Shown here in pieces: positions 10,600-24,558 of a stretch of DNA of 55,233 bases. Each line of letters begins with the position of its first letter. Within the stretch, counting starts at the first letter, position 1. Both the position numbers and the translations under genes were made by a program. Source of the stretch: Girardia tigrina (Eukaryota); the NCBI GenBank assembly GCA_001938485.1, contig MQRK01233649.1:1-55233 (forward strand), in the 5' to 3' direction. Below the pieces are notes generated by a model. It did no database searches. It saw nothing but the letters and a program-made list of their open reading frames with translations, and was not told where the DNA came from.

Positions 10600-11760
10600 T
10601 TATATTTTATTTATAAAAATTAAATTTGTTTGTTCTGTTTCAAATAAATTGTTCAATGAAATATAAAATAATATTATTTTTTTAAAATATTTGTCATTTA
10701 AATTTATTATTTTAGTGATGCGCATTAATTAATTTTAAGCTTAATTTATTAATTGGAAATGAAAAAATAAAAGATTTAGTATAAAAGATCAATTTATAAA
10801 TATTATAAAATTATAATAATTTTTCAAGTATGTTTAATGTCATATTTATATTATTAATTTTTGTAACATTTATCATATTTAATTTTTTTCTGTCTTCAAA
10901 TAAACTTTTCAGTAATAACAATACATGTAATTTTAATTATTTATTAATAATTCAAAATTCATTATATTAATATTAAAAAAATAATAATATCTTGTTGGTT
11001 TATATATTATCACTTTACTTAGAAATATAATTTCTAACTTTTAATAAAGGTTTTATATTCCTAGAAAAAGTTTTATGTACTTTACAAATCGACTGATTTC
11101 TGAATTAAATAAACTTTTAAAATTATTAATAATGTAAAAACATATAGGTAAAAATATTTTCAAGGGGATCTAAAACAATCAGTCGTTTGTTCCACCAAAT
11201 TCCATTAACTTTTTGTAGAGTGTCGAGAGATGTCTGTGAAGAGAAATGCACAAAAATATTACTGTAATATTAATTATTATTATCTTAATAATAAAATTAC
11301 AATATTTTTTAAAAATGTATTTCTAACTATATTTAATTTCTACGGTAAAACTGTATTCGTCAGGTCGCCAAGAAAAATTTTAATTTTAAAAATATTTTCA
11401 TGTATACAAATTAATTTGGTCAGCAATATGTAATTAAGTCATCTAAACCCTTCTAATAGTCTTGTTGAGAGAATTATTTCCACATTGACATTACGATACT
11501 GATAGTTATTAAAATTTGTTTTCAATAATTACTTATGTTGATATTTATATAAGAGTTGCAAACCTTTCTGTGTTTTGTCATATTACTTCCACTCACATTG
11601 TGACAGTGTTCTTGAAAATTTCAAAAATGATAATCGGAAGTCTCTCCGAATAATTTTGGCATTACACTCATTAAATGTATATGCATGTTTTTTGTACATC
11701 TAATAATGATAATTATACCATAGAAATTAATTGTCTTTGAAAATAAAAGGTTTTTTTATT
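10600..11760. repeat. Diverged duplicated segment (copy A) containing a degenerate minus-strand exon-like region
   Basis: Colinear similarity to about 39875-40980 (e.g. TTTGTTCTG.TTCAAATAAATTGTTCAATGAAA, CTCACATTGTGACAGT, CGGAAGTCTCT). Confidence 0.7.
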
Positions 11761-11848
11761 TTTAAAGAATTACATTTATTTTCAATATTTATTTCTCATG
11801 ATTTCCATAATGTAAATCGAAATTCTGTTATAATCGATTTGTTATTAT

Positions 11849-13235
11849 CTGGGGTGGAGCCCATACGGGCCGGGCGTCAATTTACGGGCTACGGGCTACA
11901 TTACAATGCAACTTTTACATTTTTAGTTATCATTCATTTGCAGAATTTTAAATCATTGGAATGCTGTCATTTTAATTTTTAAATTAATTATGTCTTGCCA
12001 TGTTTTTGTTTAGCATTTACCCCCCATTTGATTACCTTTCATAAATTTTGAATAATATTCATACATTCATATAAAAAAACTAAGTACAAATTTTTATTCA
12101 AAATCAACGTACAAAGAAAACGTTTTCACTTGTCGCCATCATCCTCATCAATGGGAAACAATCGAATTTACTACTGTCTTCAGTAATTAATGTCATATTT
12201 AAAGGAGTGATTATATCGAATAAAACGAATGTGAACCACAACTACATTCGACATAATCTCTTTCAAAGGAGAATGAATACATTTGTGGACACTAAAACAC
12301 CTCTCCCCAGCTTTCCTTTCATTTTGAGTTTATGTTCCATAAATAGATTCAATCACCTCGGAATGATTGCATTTGAATGGATTTCGTGTTCGCAAACGTA
12401 TTGATGGTATTCCAGAACTTTAAGAGGGTCCAACCACTTGTGAAACCTACCTTCAGAAGCTTCAAATAGCTGTGTTTACTCATTCACAAAAAAATCAAGG
12501 TGAAAAACTGGATACATTAGTAAATGTCTGCAATTTTCAGCCACCATTACCAAGTAGTCCAACCGGATTCAGAGGTCTTTGTTATTGCTTTGAAGAACTC
12601 TTTGTACAACGTCAGTCAATCACAACCGTCTTTTTGAGCAACATTGAGTACATAAATGAAAGCAGACAAAGTTGCTATTGTGTTCTCAATGTGAACATAC
12701 ATATCAAAATTGGATTATTTCAAAATTATTTAAAATAAAATAATGAAAAAAATTAATTTTTAATTTTTCAAAATTATTTTATAAGAAATTAATTATTTAA
12801 TTTTTTTTATAAATTTTATTGTTGTGGTACTTTTCTATTGAATTAAATGTTTTGGTATTATTTGGTATACTAAAGTTAAAAAACTTAAATTGAATAATTA
12901 AAAAAAACGTTTGTGATTCAATATTAATTTCCATTAATAATAAAAAGTTAAAATAAAAAATATTTCAATTTAATATTCATTTTAATTTTAAATATTTTGG
13001 ATTAAATATTTTAGTATTAAATTTCGCGCTATTAACTGTCACACACTGTAATTATAAGTGCTTACTATAACGTTTTATTCAGTTTTTTAGTATTTAAAAT
13101 TTTGTGTATGTCCAAACAATATTAGAAAAGGAAAGAGCTAATTTATATTTTGGAGCTCGTACCTCGGGCCGGGCGGATAGGTACGGGCACGGGCCGGGCG
13201 GAAAGGTACGGGCTACGGGTTTGGCCCCACCCCAG
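11849..13235 (-). mobile_element. Non-autonomous hAT element with an 8-bp TSD
   Basis: TSD GTTATTAT (11841-11848 and 13236-13243); TIR CTGGGGTGG(A/G)GCC; subterminal CGGGCCGGGCG repeats; internal hATC remnants (DPLKFW, ERCFS). Confidence 0.9.
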
Positions 13236-14007
13236 GTTATTATGATTTTATTTTAAAAAATACATAAATTTACTATCTTTTTTTATTTTATCATTTCAAA
13301 ACAAGTAAAAAACGAATAAAAATATTTAATAAAATTTAGATTAATTATTTATTCCTTCGATTTCAATATTATTTGTTAACAATTTTCATTTTGCACATTT
13401 GCTATTATAAAATATAAATATTATTTATTTTTAAATTTTTTTAAAAATATAAAATATTAAAATTAAAATTATTTAAATCATCTTTTTTTAAACAAAAAAA
13501 TAAAAAGCTTTTTTACAACTATTGTAACTTTATGACAATTACTAAATAAGTATATATACGACAAAATTTGCTAAAGACCAAAAATATTGACGAAAACGTG
13601 GTTAGCATGACATACTCCAGTCACCGACAGTTGGCACAAAACCTAACCATACGTACTTACTGTCAGTTGCAAGTATGTTGTAAGACATAATGTGATAAAA
13701 AATACATGTCACAGGCCATTACCGTATTTATAATCAAGGAAGAAAATTCTTTTAAATATTCAATTATCAATTATTACCCCATAATCAATCAAAAACACTT
13801 TGTATTTCGATCGACAAAAGCAATATTAAAATTTACGAAATTCATTCGAATACAAAGTCTTGTTATAAAGGCAAGAAAATAGACATTATTCTAAGAATTG
13901 TTTTTTCTATAGACCATATGTCTTCGTTCCGGCAAATTTCAGGGTTGCTTGAAGATTTTTCTTGCTCATCGAGATCATTTGAAAACGACAATTTGAATCA
14001 AATTATA

Positions 14008-14749
14008 CAGGGTGGGCCAAAAGTAGGGTTACAGTTAACACTTAAACATTTTATCTTTATTAGAAATTTAGACATTTATTTACATACATTATATTTACAT
14101 AATAAACATTTTACATTGAACATTTAATCTCTCAAGTGCTCAAAATGTCCACCTTCAACCTTGCAACAATCTCTATATGTGTCCAAAACACTCTGACACA
14201 CAGTACGACACAAATTCCGATCTCCATCAATTTCAGTGAATGCATCTGAAATGTAATCTTTCGATTCATTCACTGTGTGGGGATTCCTCTCATAAACCTT
14301 GATCTTGACTACACCCCAAAAAAAGAAATCCATTAGTGTCTTGTCAGGTGAACGTGGTGGCCATTCAATGCAGCCCCGCCTTCCAAACCAATGCTGCGGA
14401 AAGACTTGATGAAGATACTCTCTTACTGTCTTCGCATAATGTGGAGGTGCTCCATCTTGCTGGNNNNNNNNNNNNNNNNNNNNNNNNNNNNNNNNNNNNN
14501 GTGGTACTACCACGTCACGAAGCATTTCCAAATAATTGTCTCCAGTAACAGTTCCATCAAAGAACACGGACCCGATAACACCTTCACTGGACAATGCACC
14601 CCACGTCGTAACGCCAGGCTGGTTCAGTTTGGACTCAATAGTCAAATGTGGATTCTTATCAGTCCAGTACACACAGTTATGCCTATTCACGTGTCCGGAC
14701 AATTTGAAACAAGCCTCATCGGACCAGATTATCTTATCTAGAAGGTCTG
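14008..14749 (-). mobile_element. Tc1/mariner DD41D (rosa/VS-type) transposon, 3' part; the rest is in the N gap
   Basis: TA followed by CAGGGTGGGCCAAAAGT TIR; ORF 14124-14702 with GHVNRHNCVYW, QQDGAPPHY, WPPRSPDKTLMDFFFWG (41 residues between the last two D). Confidence 0.9.
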
Positions 14750-15614
14750 NNNNNNNNNNNNNNNNNNNNNNNNNNNNNNNNNNNNNNNNNNNNNNNNNNN
14801 NNNNNNNNNNNNNNNNNNNNNNNNNNNNNNNNNNNNNNNNNNNNNNNNNNNNNNNNNNNNNNNNNNNNNNNNNNNNNNNNNNNNNNNNNNNNNNNNNNNN
14901 NNNNNNNNNNNNNNNNNNNNNNNNNNNNNNNNNNNNNNNNNNNNNNNNNNNNNNNNNNNNNNNNNNNNNNNNNNNNNNNNNNNNNNNNNNNNNNNNNNNN
15001 NNNNNNNNNNNNNNNNNNNNNNNNNNNNNNNNNNNNNNNNNNNNNNNNNNNNNNNNNNNNNNNNNNNNNNNNNNNNNNNNNNNNNNNNNNNNNNNNNNNN
15101 NNNNNNNNNNNNNNNNNNNNNNNNNNNNNNNNNNNNNNNNNNNNNNNNNNNNNNNNNNNNNNNNNNNNNNNNNNNNNNNNNNNNNNNNNNNNNNNNNNNN
15201 NNNNNNNNNNNNNNNNNNNNNNNNNNNNNNNNNNNNNNNNNNNNNNNNNNNNNNNNNNNNNNNNNNNNNNNNNNNNNNNNNNNNNNNNNNNNNNNNNNNN
15301 NNNNNNNNNNNNNNNNNNNNNNNNNNNNNNNNNNNNNNNNNNNNNNNNNNNNNNNNNNNNNNNNNNNNNNNNNNNNNNNNNNNNNNNNNNNNNNNNNNNN
15401 NNNNNNNNNNNNNNNNNNNNNNNNNNNNNNNNNNNNNNNNNNNNNNNNNNNNNNNNNNNNNNNNNNNNNNNNNNNNNNNNNNNNNNNNNNNNNNNNNNNN
15501 NNNNNNNNNNNNNNNNNNNNNNNNNNNNNNNNNNNNNNNNNNNNNNNNNNNNNNNNNNNNNNNNNNNNNNNNNNNNNNNNNNNNNNNNNNNNATATATAT
15601 ATATAAATAATATA

Positions 15615-16951
15615 CAGGGGTGGCCATAAGTCGCTTTACTCGGTTTTAATAATAATAAACACAAAATTCTAAATGATGTATAAACAAAAATCAGATAATT
15701 TTTTTTTGTTTTAATAATTATTTATTTAAAGATTTTTAAAATTATTTCATTTTGTTCATTGTTGTTGCCAATATTGGCATGGCACGACAATTAACACTTC
15801 AGCAACGAATTTTTATAGTAAATAAGCGAATAAAGCATGATAGAAATTCAAGAGCTGTAGCTGCAACATTTGCAAAAGAGTATCCTAATGACGTTCCTCC
15901 ATCACGACAATCAATGCATGTTTTGGCTAAAAACTTTCACGAGACCGGCTCTGTAACCGACAAGAAAAGAAGTGGGCGCCCTTACAATATGAATACCGAT
16001 GAAAATAAAGAAAATGTTAGAAATTTCTATCAGAATGCGCCATCAACATCTGCAGTTCGTGCAAGTTTGCAGTTGCATATACCACGCAAAAGTTTACGTA
16101 GAATAATGAAGGACATTGAGTTGAAAGTTTGGCGGCCTCGTTTGCTCCATCAAATGAATGATGACGATTATGACAGGCGCATAGAATTTTGCGAATGATT
16201 ACAGCAACAACTCCTGAGAACATTGACATCATGGACAGAATAATTTGAACCGACGAAGCTTCATTTAAGTTAAATGGTCACGTTAATTTGCATTATGCCG
16301 TGTACTACTCCACTGAGAATTCTCATCTGGTATGGGAGATCAACAATCTTTCTCCATGAATTTGTGTGTGTGGGGAGGAATACGTTCAACTGGTGTGCTG
16401 GGTTCATATTTCTTTGATGGAACGATCAATTCTCAGCTATATCTCGACATGCTGCGTGATTTTGCCGTACCTCAGCTTGACACAGCTAACGACGTTTGGA
16501 TACAAGACGGTGCTCCCCTCATTATGGTAGAAATGTACGCGACTTTTTGGATAACACTTTTGAGATGTGGATCGGCAGGAGAGGAACCACTGAATGACCT
16601 CTACGATCACCGGACCTGACACCTTGTGATTATTCAATGTGGGGTATCCTGAAGGAACGCGTTTACTCACAAAATTTTCTAACCATATCCGAGTTGAAGG
16701 AAAGAATTACTGCAGAATTTGCAGCCTTGAACAACGATAAAGACTTGTACCGACGAATCTGTCACTCTGTTCAGAGAAGAATCCAGTTATGTATTAAATC
16801 TGAAGGACAACACTTTGAAGATAAGATTTAATTGTTTTCAAGTTTTTGTTTTGAAATTATTATTGTACGCTGATTAAATAAAAGTTGTATCATTTAGAAT
16901 TTTGTGTTTATTATTATTAAAACTGGGTAAAGCGATTTATGGTCACCCCTA
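15615..16951 (+). mobile_element. Full-length Tc1/mariner DD40/41D-type transposon with a disrupted transposase (15780-16831)
   Basis: TIRs of about 60 bp (CAGGGGTGGCCATAAGTCGCTTTAC...) flanked by TA; motifs RSGRP, TDEASF, QDGAP, RSPDLTPCDYSMWG, EGQHFE. Confidence 0.92.
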
Positions 16952-18003
16952 TATATATATACATTCTCAAAAAAATAAATAATTCAAATGTTTATTTTAT
17001 CACAGGAATTCTTTCAATCAATTCACGTCGACAAAAAATTGCAATTTCAAATGATAAAATCACTTGAAAAAAATATTTGGAACGTTTTAAATCATATATA
17101 TTTCAACTCGTTTTTTTTCAATTCAAAATTCATTATCAATTTCGAGACCTTCTCAATTCAAATATCATTATAAGTTTCGTCACTTTCAAATCGTAACTAA
17201 TCATAATTACAGTCATTAATCTGATCAATTAGACTGATCAATCAATCATAAAATAAGAAATACAATCGTCACAAAATATTAGTCATCAACAAAATCATAA
17301 TTCGTAAAAATTTCATCGAGAGCAAGAGAATTTAACTAAAAATGTAATTTTTAATCACTCAAAATTCAGTCTCTTTCTTTGCTTATTCTGATTGGGTAAC
17401 CAACGACCAATCGGAGTGAACCATTTCATCTAATCCAAAACACTTTCGCTCCAAGTTCCGGCATACATACTGGCCGTTAATTACACAACGGCTACACACG
17501 CAATAATAAGACGGTGGTAGCGAATTTATTAACAAAAACAAATCAAAGAGTCACATGACTCTAATTAATAATTCAAAATTCACTGAGTAAAACTCAGTTT
17601 TCAATCAAAATTTCATTTCTTACTTTATTTTATTTTTAATTTTAGTGAATCTTTTTTTAATTATTTTATATACATATTTATTTGGTGTGCCCAATAAGTA
17701 CCCCGACTAAGTAAAAAAGCAAAATAATAGGAGCCTCGTATTATAACACAGGAAAAATAATCATGTTGCAGTAGCAGCGCAGTGGAAGCTTATATCATCT
17801 CCGCGGGTCATCAAGGAGAGGGAAGTGGGTTTGATAATGATTTTCTCTAATTTATTATTATTATTGTTTTTATCTCTATTATTGTTACTGTTAATTTGTC
17901 CTTATTGCTTTTATTCTTATTTTTATTATTTTTGTTAATACTTTTACTATTATTTTTACTGTTATTTTTATTATTATTTTTACATTTGCTGATATCTATT
18001 TTA

Positions 18004-18005
<2 letters not shown>

Positions 18006-18047
<42 letters not shown>
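18006..18047. repeat. (TA)n microsatellite
   Basis: Direct reading. Confidence 0.95.
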
Positions 18048-18049
<2 letters not shown>

Positions 18050-18319
18050 CATAAATTTATCTGTTTTCGCAAGTCTTTGATTCCGTCTCAAAAATTCGCG
18101 TCCGTCGCACGTTATCCACATTAAAAACGGATTTTTCGAATTTATTTTCGTTTGGAATTCAGTAATCAAATCTTTGCTTTGGTTGACCATTTCTATTATT
18201 GCTGCTCGTAGCGGATCAAAAGATCCGATAAAAAATCGATTTCCCCTTGAAACATGAAAGAACCAGTAATATTCGACATTAAAAATCGAACATTTGAAAC
18301 GTTTTTCGTCGTCTTATGT

Positions 18320-18420
18320 TTAAATAGATTCAGGACAGAACCAATGTTCACAATCCGACAATCCGGTCACTTTGTATTCATTTATATGCTTGTTGCATTT
18401 CTGGCATGACTTAGAACCTA
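18320..18420 (-). pseudogene. RING/PHD-like zinc-finger fragment
   Basis: KSCQKCNKHINEYKVTGLSDCEHWFCPES* resembles a C3HC4 RING start with the last cysteines lost. Confidence 0.4.
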
Positions 18421-18884
18421 CAGTTTAAGTTTTTTTGGAATTATTTTGATTGTTATTTACGTTTTCGTAACCGTCAACTTCCAATGAGTTCTTATCAGTA
18501 ATTTTACTTCTCTTAATAAAACATTCATTTTTTATTTGAGTATCAAAATCGGTTGTACCCAGTCGCTCTCCTACCTAAATATTCAGAATTCAATTTCAGT
18601 ATTAAATTATTTTATTGATTTATTTTACCATACAATTCTACCAATTACGGAGTTACCGTAATTGGTTTAAACAAAACTAAACTTCCAACGAATATATAAA
18701 TATGTATATATACTCAATTTCTCTATATAAATATATATATATCGTTAAATTTTTTTAACTAGTTTTTTTATTTTATTTAATTAACTCAAATTTAATTTAC
18801 AAAATTCTAAATTTATTGAAACATAAAATTTACTTATTTAAATTCCAATCTTAACGAAACCGAACAAATCATATAAAGGTACTA

Positions 18885-19782
18885 CTGTCGTTTTCAAGTT
18901 TTTAAACATTTATTGCACTGTTTAAAGCCTGCCGCATCATCTACCAATTATATCCAACTTAATCGATATAGATGCAGTCAGAATCATCTATTCCGGATCT
19001 TAAATAATTCACTGCGTATTCTTTTCGCAGTGATTTTACTCGATCACAGTTCTTCACCTGGATATTCGCTCTGATCTTCTTGATGGTGTAGCATTTTTGA
19101 TGCATGATGCGGTCCATTGTTGATGATGAGCACTTCACATTGCACTGGAATAGAAATTTGATAATCTTATTTCCAATGTCCTCTGTAATAATGGAAGGTC
19201 TAGGGCATCCCCATTTCTTTGCAGCAACAGATTCTGTTTTCTTGTATCTCTGGATTATGCTTTTTGTTGTTTCTTTGCCTATGTCTAACTGAGAGGCTAA
19301 CAAAAAGTACTCCTGATTGTTGATGAATGAGTCATTTATCCAAATTTTGTCTAATTGCAATATTCTATAAATTAATAAATTTGGATTTTAATAAATAAAA
19401 AATCACGATTCTTATTTATTTGCCTTAAAGGTATGGTTTCTCCTGCAGTTTAGGAGTCATTATAAAATATATTTAACATTAATTTAATTAAAATCGTTTA
19501 CTTTTCATTTAAATCTTGTACTGAAGGCCTTGAATCCTCCGAAATATCCGAATTATAAAATAAAATACCACAATTTATAAATTAAAATGGGTTTTAAAAA
19601 GTGGTAAAGGTTTTAAATAGTGATAAAAACTTTGGTGTTTTTAATGTGCATGTGAATTTCTGATTCGCTGATTTTATGCGTCGTATGTATGCACATTTCT
19701 GTGTATGTGTGTGCATGCATCTAGCTTATATTTTCAGGTCTTAAACAGTGATACGTGGTTTTAAACAGTGGAAAAGTAACTG
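18885..19782 (-). mobile_element. Internally deleted Tc1/IS630-like transposon
   Basis: ORF 18959-19360 with an HTH (LASQLDIGKETTKSIIQRY), CSSSTMDRIM, and RVKSLRKEY...CIYID (first catalytic D); degenerate TIRs containing CACTGTTTAA, flanked by TA. Confidence 0.7.
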
Positions 19783-20883
19783 TATAAAAGTAATTTTGAT
19801 TGGTTAATGTTATTATAATTCTATTTTTGGGTATAATTATATATAGCGGATGTGAAGGACAGACTCACTCTAAAAAAATTTGAAATAATTAATTTTTATA
19901 AAGAATTTTCTAAAATAAGGGAATATTTAAAATCAAAAGTTTTCTAAGTAATTATAATGTAAAAATATATCTTAATTAATTTTAAAAAGTTATTTTCGGA
20001 AATAATCAAATATTAATTGTAGAGTAAAAACTTAAAATGAAATTAATTGGGAAATAATGGATTTTTAAATAATTGATTTAAAAGAAATATATAAAGACAA
20101 GGATAATAATTAAAAATAATTATATTTGTACTAATTTTAAAAGTTATTCTAAAAAATAAAATAATGAACTTTGTTGCCAGAGATGTAAATAAAAAAAACA
20201 GATAATTTTAAATTTTAAAGTCAGTTTGAAATTCTGCAAATTAAAGATTTGACAAATACTTAATTCTATACAGTTTCGTAAAAAAAATAATTAAGACTTT
20301 TATCATTAACGTATCGTAATAATAATAAAAATTTGTAAATTACTATTAAATATTATAAATTATTTTTGTATTTAAATTTTATCTAAAACAAATTGTATTT
20401 AAAATTGTATATTTTGGTATTTAAAATATTTTTAGGTAATAAAAAATTTTAAACTGAAATATTGATAATAAAGAAGACGTTAAAATATTTTATTAATTAA
20501 AAAAAACGTTTTCATAAATAAAAGAAAATAACATTAAGTTAATTCTAAAATAATAACAAATCATTTTGTTAATTAAGTAAAAATATGACTACAATAAATT
20601 ATGTTGGTTTTAAATTAAATTAAATTGCAAAATAGTGGAATGTAAATTTTCAAAATAAAGAGAATAAAAAATTTCAATTTTAAAATAGCTTATAATTTTA
20701 TATTTTATATGAAAATCGGGTCATAAAGAAAACAAAGAAAAGTTACTCAACAAAAAATTGTTTGAATAATTGTTATTTGTGAAAGAAATAAAATTTGGTG
20801 TTCATGGGTTATAATTTTGATCAAGAACCCAACAGTGGGTTTTAAACTTTGATAAAGTAGGACTTAAACACTGCAAACGACAG

Positions 20884-22525
20884 TATTTCTCAACATAAGA
20901 CCCTTCATGAGTCACAGACTTCTATCAACTATCAACAAGTTCCAAGAAAGTATTTTTATAAAATTGGTGGCTGCCTTTTCAGAATAATCTTCCACACTCT
21001 AACGCAGATCATCAGCATTTTCAAACTTTTGGCCTCTCAAATATATTTTCATGTTACTAAATATGTAGAAATCACTTGTTGCGAGATCGGGACTGTATAG
21101 AAGGTGATCCAGCAACACAAATCCACTTTTCGATTTTTGCCATTGATCCAGCATTGTTTTTGTGAATAGGAGCATTATCTTGTAATAGCCTCTGTGGATA
21201 GTAACATGGCTTTGGTCGAGCACGTCTGCACTTCTGAATAAGATCACTATAGTACGTGGAGTTTATGTGAACATCTTTTCAAGAAAAATCGACTAATAAG
21301 ACACGAATATAATCCCAGAAAATGCTCAGATTCACAGATTTCCGATGGGATGTACCAGATCATAGCTTCTTGGAAACAGATTCGTCCGGAAATTTCCATT
21401 CAGCTGATTTTCTTTTAGACTGTAGAAGCACGTTTCGACAAAACGAATGGCAGTGATGCTTCATTCTCAGTGAGGATATCCTTCAAGAAATAGTCCCCAT
21501 GCTGATCAAAGAGGCAAAAATTTGCAGTATTCCAGTCTTTTTTGACACGTCTTTATAGTGAGAAAGCATAGAACGAATCTGGATACCAATTTCTGAATTT
21601 CAAAATCACTCAAAATGGTTCCCACACTTTCTTTACTTATAATCAATATCTCCAACAGCTTTATTGGGGTAATTTGTCGCTCCTCCCTCTCAATCCTGGT
21701 ACAAAACGCTTTCTTTTCGTTAGAAATTTCACATAGACGCCCACACTTTTCATCATCAAACACTGATTCTCGCCCATGTCTAAACTGACTAATCCAAGAA
21801 TAGATGGTAGTGCGTGAAGGGTAAGTATTCCCATAAGTTTCCATCAACTAAGTTCAAAACTTTTCATTCTTCTTATTAAGAACATTAATTGAATTTTCAT
21901 TACATTTATTTGCATCACAATCTGAATTGTTACTAGAACAATTCTCCCTAAAACTTGCGTAGCTCGACATCGTTCTTGATTGATAATTTTTTGAATAATA
22001 TTCTTTAACGTCTTATTATTCGAACAAATTTAAATAAAAATTTCATTATTACAGAAATAATTTATACTTTAAATTAAAATAAATTTTATTTATTATAAGA
22101 AAATTATTATTAAACTATTATTTATGAAATATTAATTTAATTTTAACATAGGTAGTTTAACTTTTAATAATTGATTAAATAATCCGACGTTTTAAAAAAT
22201 TTAAAATATCAATCTTCCATCTGGGTGGGAAAAACACAATCCTAAAACAACATACCAAACAACATACAATAAGCACCATTCAAAAATATTCCTCACACTT
22301 CTCACATCGCAAAATGAATAATTTTATAACTCTGTGATATTCTACTGGATGTAGCATGCTTTGGTTAAAATTTTGAAATGACACTCTGCAAAAAAATAAA
22401 GAATTATTCAATAAAACAAAAATATTTTAATAACCTATCATTATTTATACAAGTCATGATAACAAAAATAATTATTAAAAAATATTCTTTCACATGTAGT
22501 CCCGGTACTTAATGATCACACCACG
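20884..22525 (-). mobile_element. Mariner (DD34D) transposon, decayed and interrupted by a Gypsy solo LTR
   Basis: ATG at 22357; TIYSWISQFRHGRESVFDDEKCGR, SRFVLCFLT (WVPHEL-like), YSPDLATSDF, GSYVEK; 5' TIR ...CACACCACG|TA at 22525. Confidence 0.88.
21874..22297 (-). mobile_element. Gypsy solo LTR (diverged subfamily) with 5-bp TSD CTTCT
   Basis: Ends TGTGAGGAATA...TGTTCTTAATA; CCATCTGGGTGGGA core shared with 7146 and 37553; CTTCT at 21869-21873 and 22298-22302. Confidence 0.9.
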
Positions 22526-23529
22526 TATATAAAAAGGCAAGCGAACAGGCGATAAAGAATTTAAGAGATTGTCATTCATTTTTAATTTGATCTTGAACTT
22601 CTCGAGATAATAGACATGGAGAGGCATGGGATTCAATATAAATAATAATAAATATAATATATACATAACGTTAATATTTGAATCCCGAACAGTCTATATT
22701 CAATTGTTGTCGAACGACAAACAGTTGAATATCGTAAAGTATCTTGTTACGCATTTCGCTTTCATTATAACATCTGGTTCTCGGTGTAGACATAAAATTT
22801 TGACCACAAAGGCTGGGTGAATTTTCGATTTTGTCCGGAAGTACGTTTCGACAAAACAAAGTCAAACAATCAACATTTAGCACCCTAAATAGGGCCGTTA
22901 ACCATTCTCAAATCGGAAGATTTGTTAGACCTGACCGACGAAAATCATTTTCTTCATTTTGCATCCCTTTTTCCTGTACAAAGAGAGCGGAAATTCTAAA
23001 CTGTTTTCGGAACGTCCTTTTCATTTAATTTTAACGTTATTCGGCCGAGATTCCCCTCGTCGGAAACGATTTCAGCATGCATTTCAGAACCAATTCATAA
23101 AATAATTCAAAAGATTTAAAAACTATTTATTTTCTCTCATTTCAAAAAGAATTTCGTCTCCAACTTAAACTTGATTGAAACAAACATAAAACAAAAACCT
23201 TTTTTTTAAAACTGTAAACTGATTTTTGTATTAGGAATTTTGCTTTGTATTTACAAGTTTATTTACACATTTTTATACAAAGCGAAATTCCTTAAAACTT
23301 CTTTTAATTTATTTTATGTATGTTAAGAAGAATATAAGTATTATAAATTATTATTATCAAATTATTGTTTAGAATTATTATTCAAATCTTTATTAATTTA
23401 TTTAAAATTAATTAAATATGGTTCCAATTATTCCATAATTATTTCTCTCATGTTTATGTTTTTGTTTTAATCAAAATAAAGTTTTGGTAACAGTTTGAAT
23501 TCGTATTATTAATTAAATTTAGATGTCAA

Positions 23530-24558
23530 CTAACAATGAACAAAATCAAATACAGTCTCCTGTTGTATCTCCGCAGAGGTTCTTAATTTTTTAAATTGTA
23601 TATTTTGAGAAATGTGATCAAAAGATTTCAAAAATATATCAAACAGGAATTTCATATCTTTATTTGTTTTCACTTTAATANNNNNNNNNNNNNNNNNNNN
23701 NNNNNNNNNNNNNNNNNNNNNNNNNNNNNNNNNNNNNNNNNNNNNNNNNNNNNNNNNNNNNNNNNNNNNNNNNNCTTCAACTTTTTGGAAAAAATTAAAT
23801 AAGGACAAACCATTGTCATTGTTGGCGCTCATCAACAATGCAAACAATACAAAACACTCTCTCTCGAAAGCCTCGAAATTGAAAACACAACCGGAATCCA
23901 TTGTTGTTATCAAATCGCATTCAAAACTGATTACGACTCTGGAAAACTCAATCAATAAGCTGGCCATTAACATAACCATTTTTGGCGTCAAAGATGATTG
24001 ATCATTCAACCCATGCAATCCTTGAGCATCAAAAATTTGAAACAAACAACCGATCACAACTGATTTGGCTCGGGAATCACCGACTTTCAAAAACGCAAGC
24101 AAATCATCTATAACATCCGTATTGACCATTTGATACCGCAATAAATCTGGCATCGACTCCACCACAACGATTTTACTATCTATTTCTGCGATTTGAGTGA
24201 TAGAAAAACAATTTAATAGTTCTCCAAAACTGACAAAAACGCCATCAATGATCGATAGATAAACGGTCAATCCCTGTCTCATCGACAATCGAATCAAGGA
24301 ATTGACAAAATTAATCATTTTGGTGTGAAATTCATTTTTGTTAGAAGTTTTAATTTTATTTGAATCTATTATCGTTCGTGGATGAAGATTTGAGTCTCTA
24401 ATAATTTGTTCAGGCGATGGTGAACCGGTTTCTAACACTAATGGCGAGCCAAACGAAATACTGTGACGTGAAGAAAATCGAAATGAGTTTTGCGATTTAA
24501 AAAATGATGACATTTTGAAATTTTTTTTTAATACAGACAAAACGGTTGAAATATTCAA
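23530..24558 (-). CDS. Hypothetical helical protein (about 327-342 aa; likely ATG at 24513)
   Basis: Long open frame in very AT-rich DNA, spanning a 94-nt N gap; no recognisable motif. Confidence 0.5.
   Translation of the reverse strand: MNISTVLSVLKKNFKMSSFFKSQNSFRFSSRHSISFGSPLVLETGSPSPEQIIRDSNLHPRTIIDSNKIKTSNKNEFHTKMINFVNSLIRLSMRQGLTVYLSIIDGVFVSFGELLNCFSITQIAEIDSKIVVVESMPDLLRYQMVNTDVIDDLLAFLKVGDSRAKSVVIGCLFQIFDAQGLHGLNDQSSLTPKMVMLMASLLIEFSRVVISFECDLITTMDSGCVFNFEAFERECFVLFALLMSANNDNGLSLFNFFQKVEXXXXXXXXXXXXXXXXXXXXXXXXXXXXXXXXIKVKTNKDMKFLFDIFLKSFDHISQNIQFKKLRTSAEIQQETVFDFVHC

Noticed and set aside
14536-15664. Long ORFs in the track spanning N runs (also 5385-5753, 6314-6811, 46783-47211)
   Set aside because: They are open only because N gaps contain no stop codons.
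17765-17830. GCAGCGCAGTGGAAGC resembling the initiator-tRNA A box
   Set aside because: No B box or cloverleaf follows.
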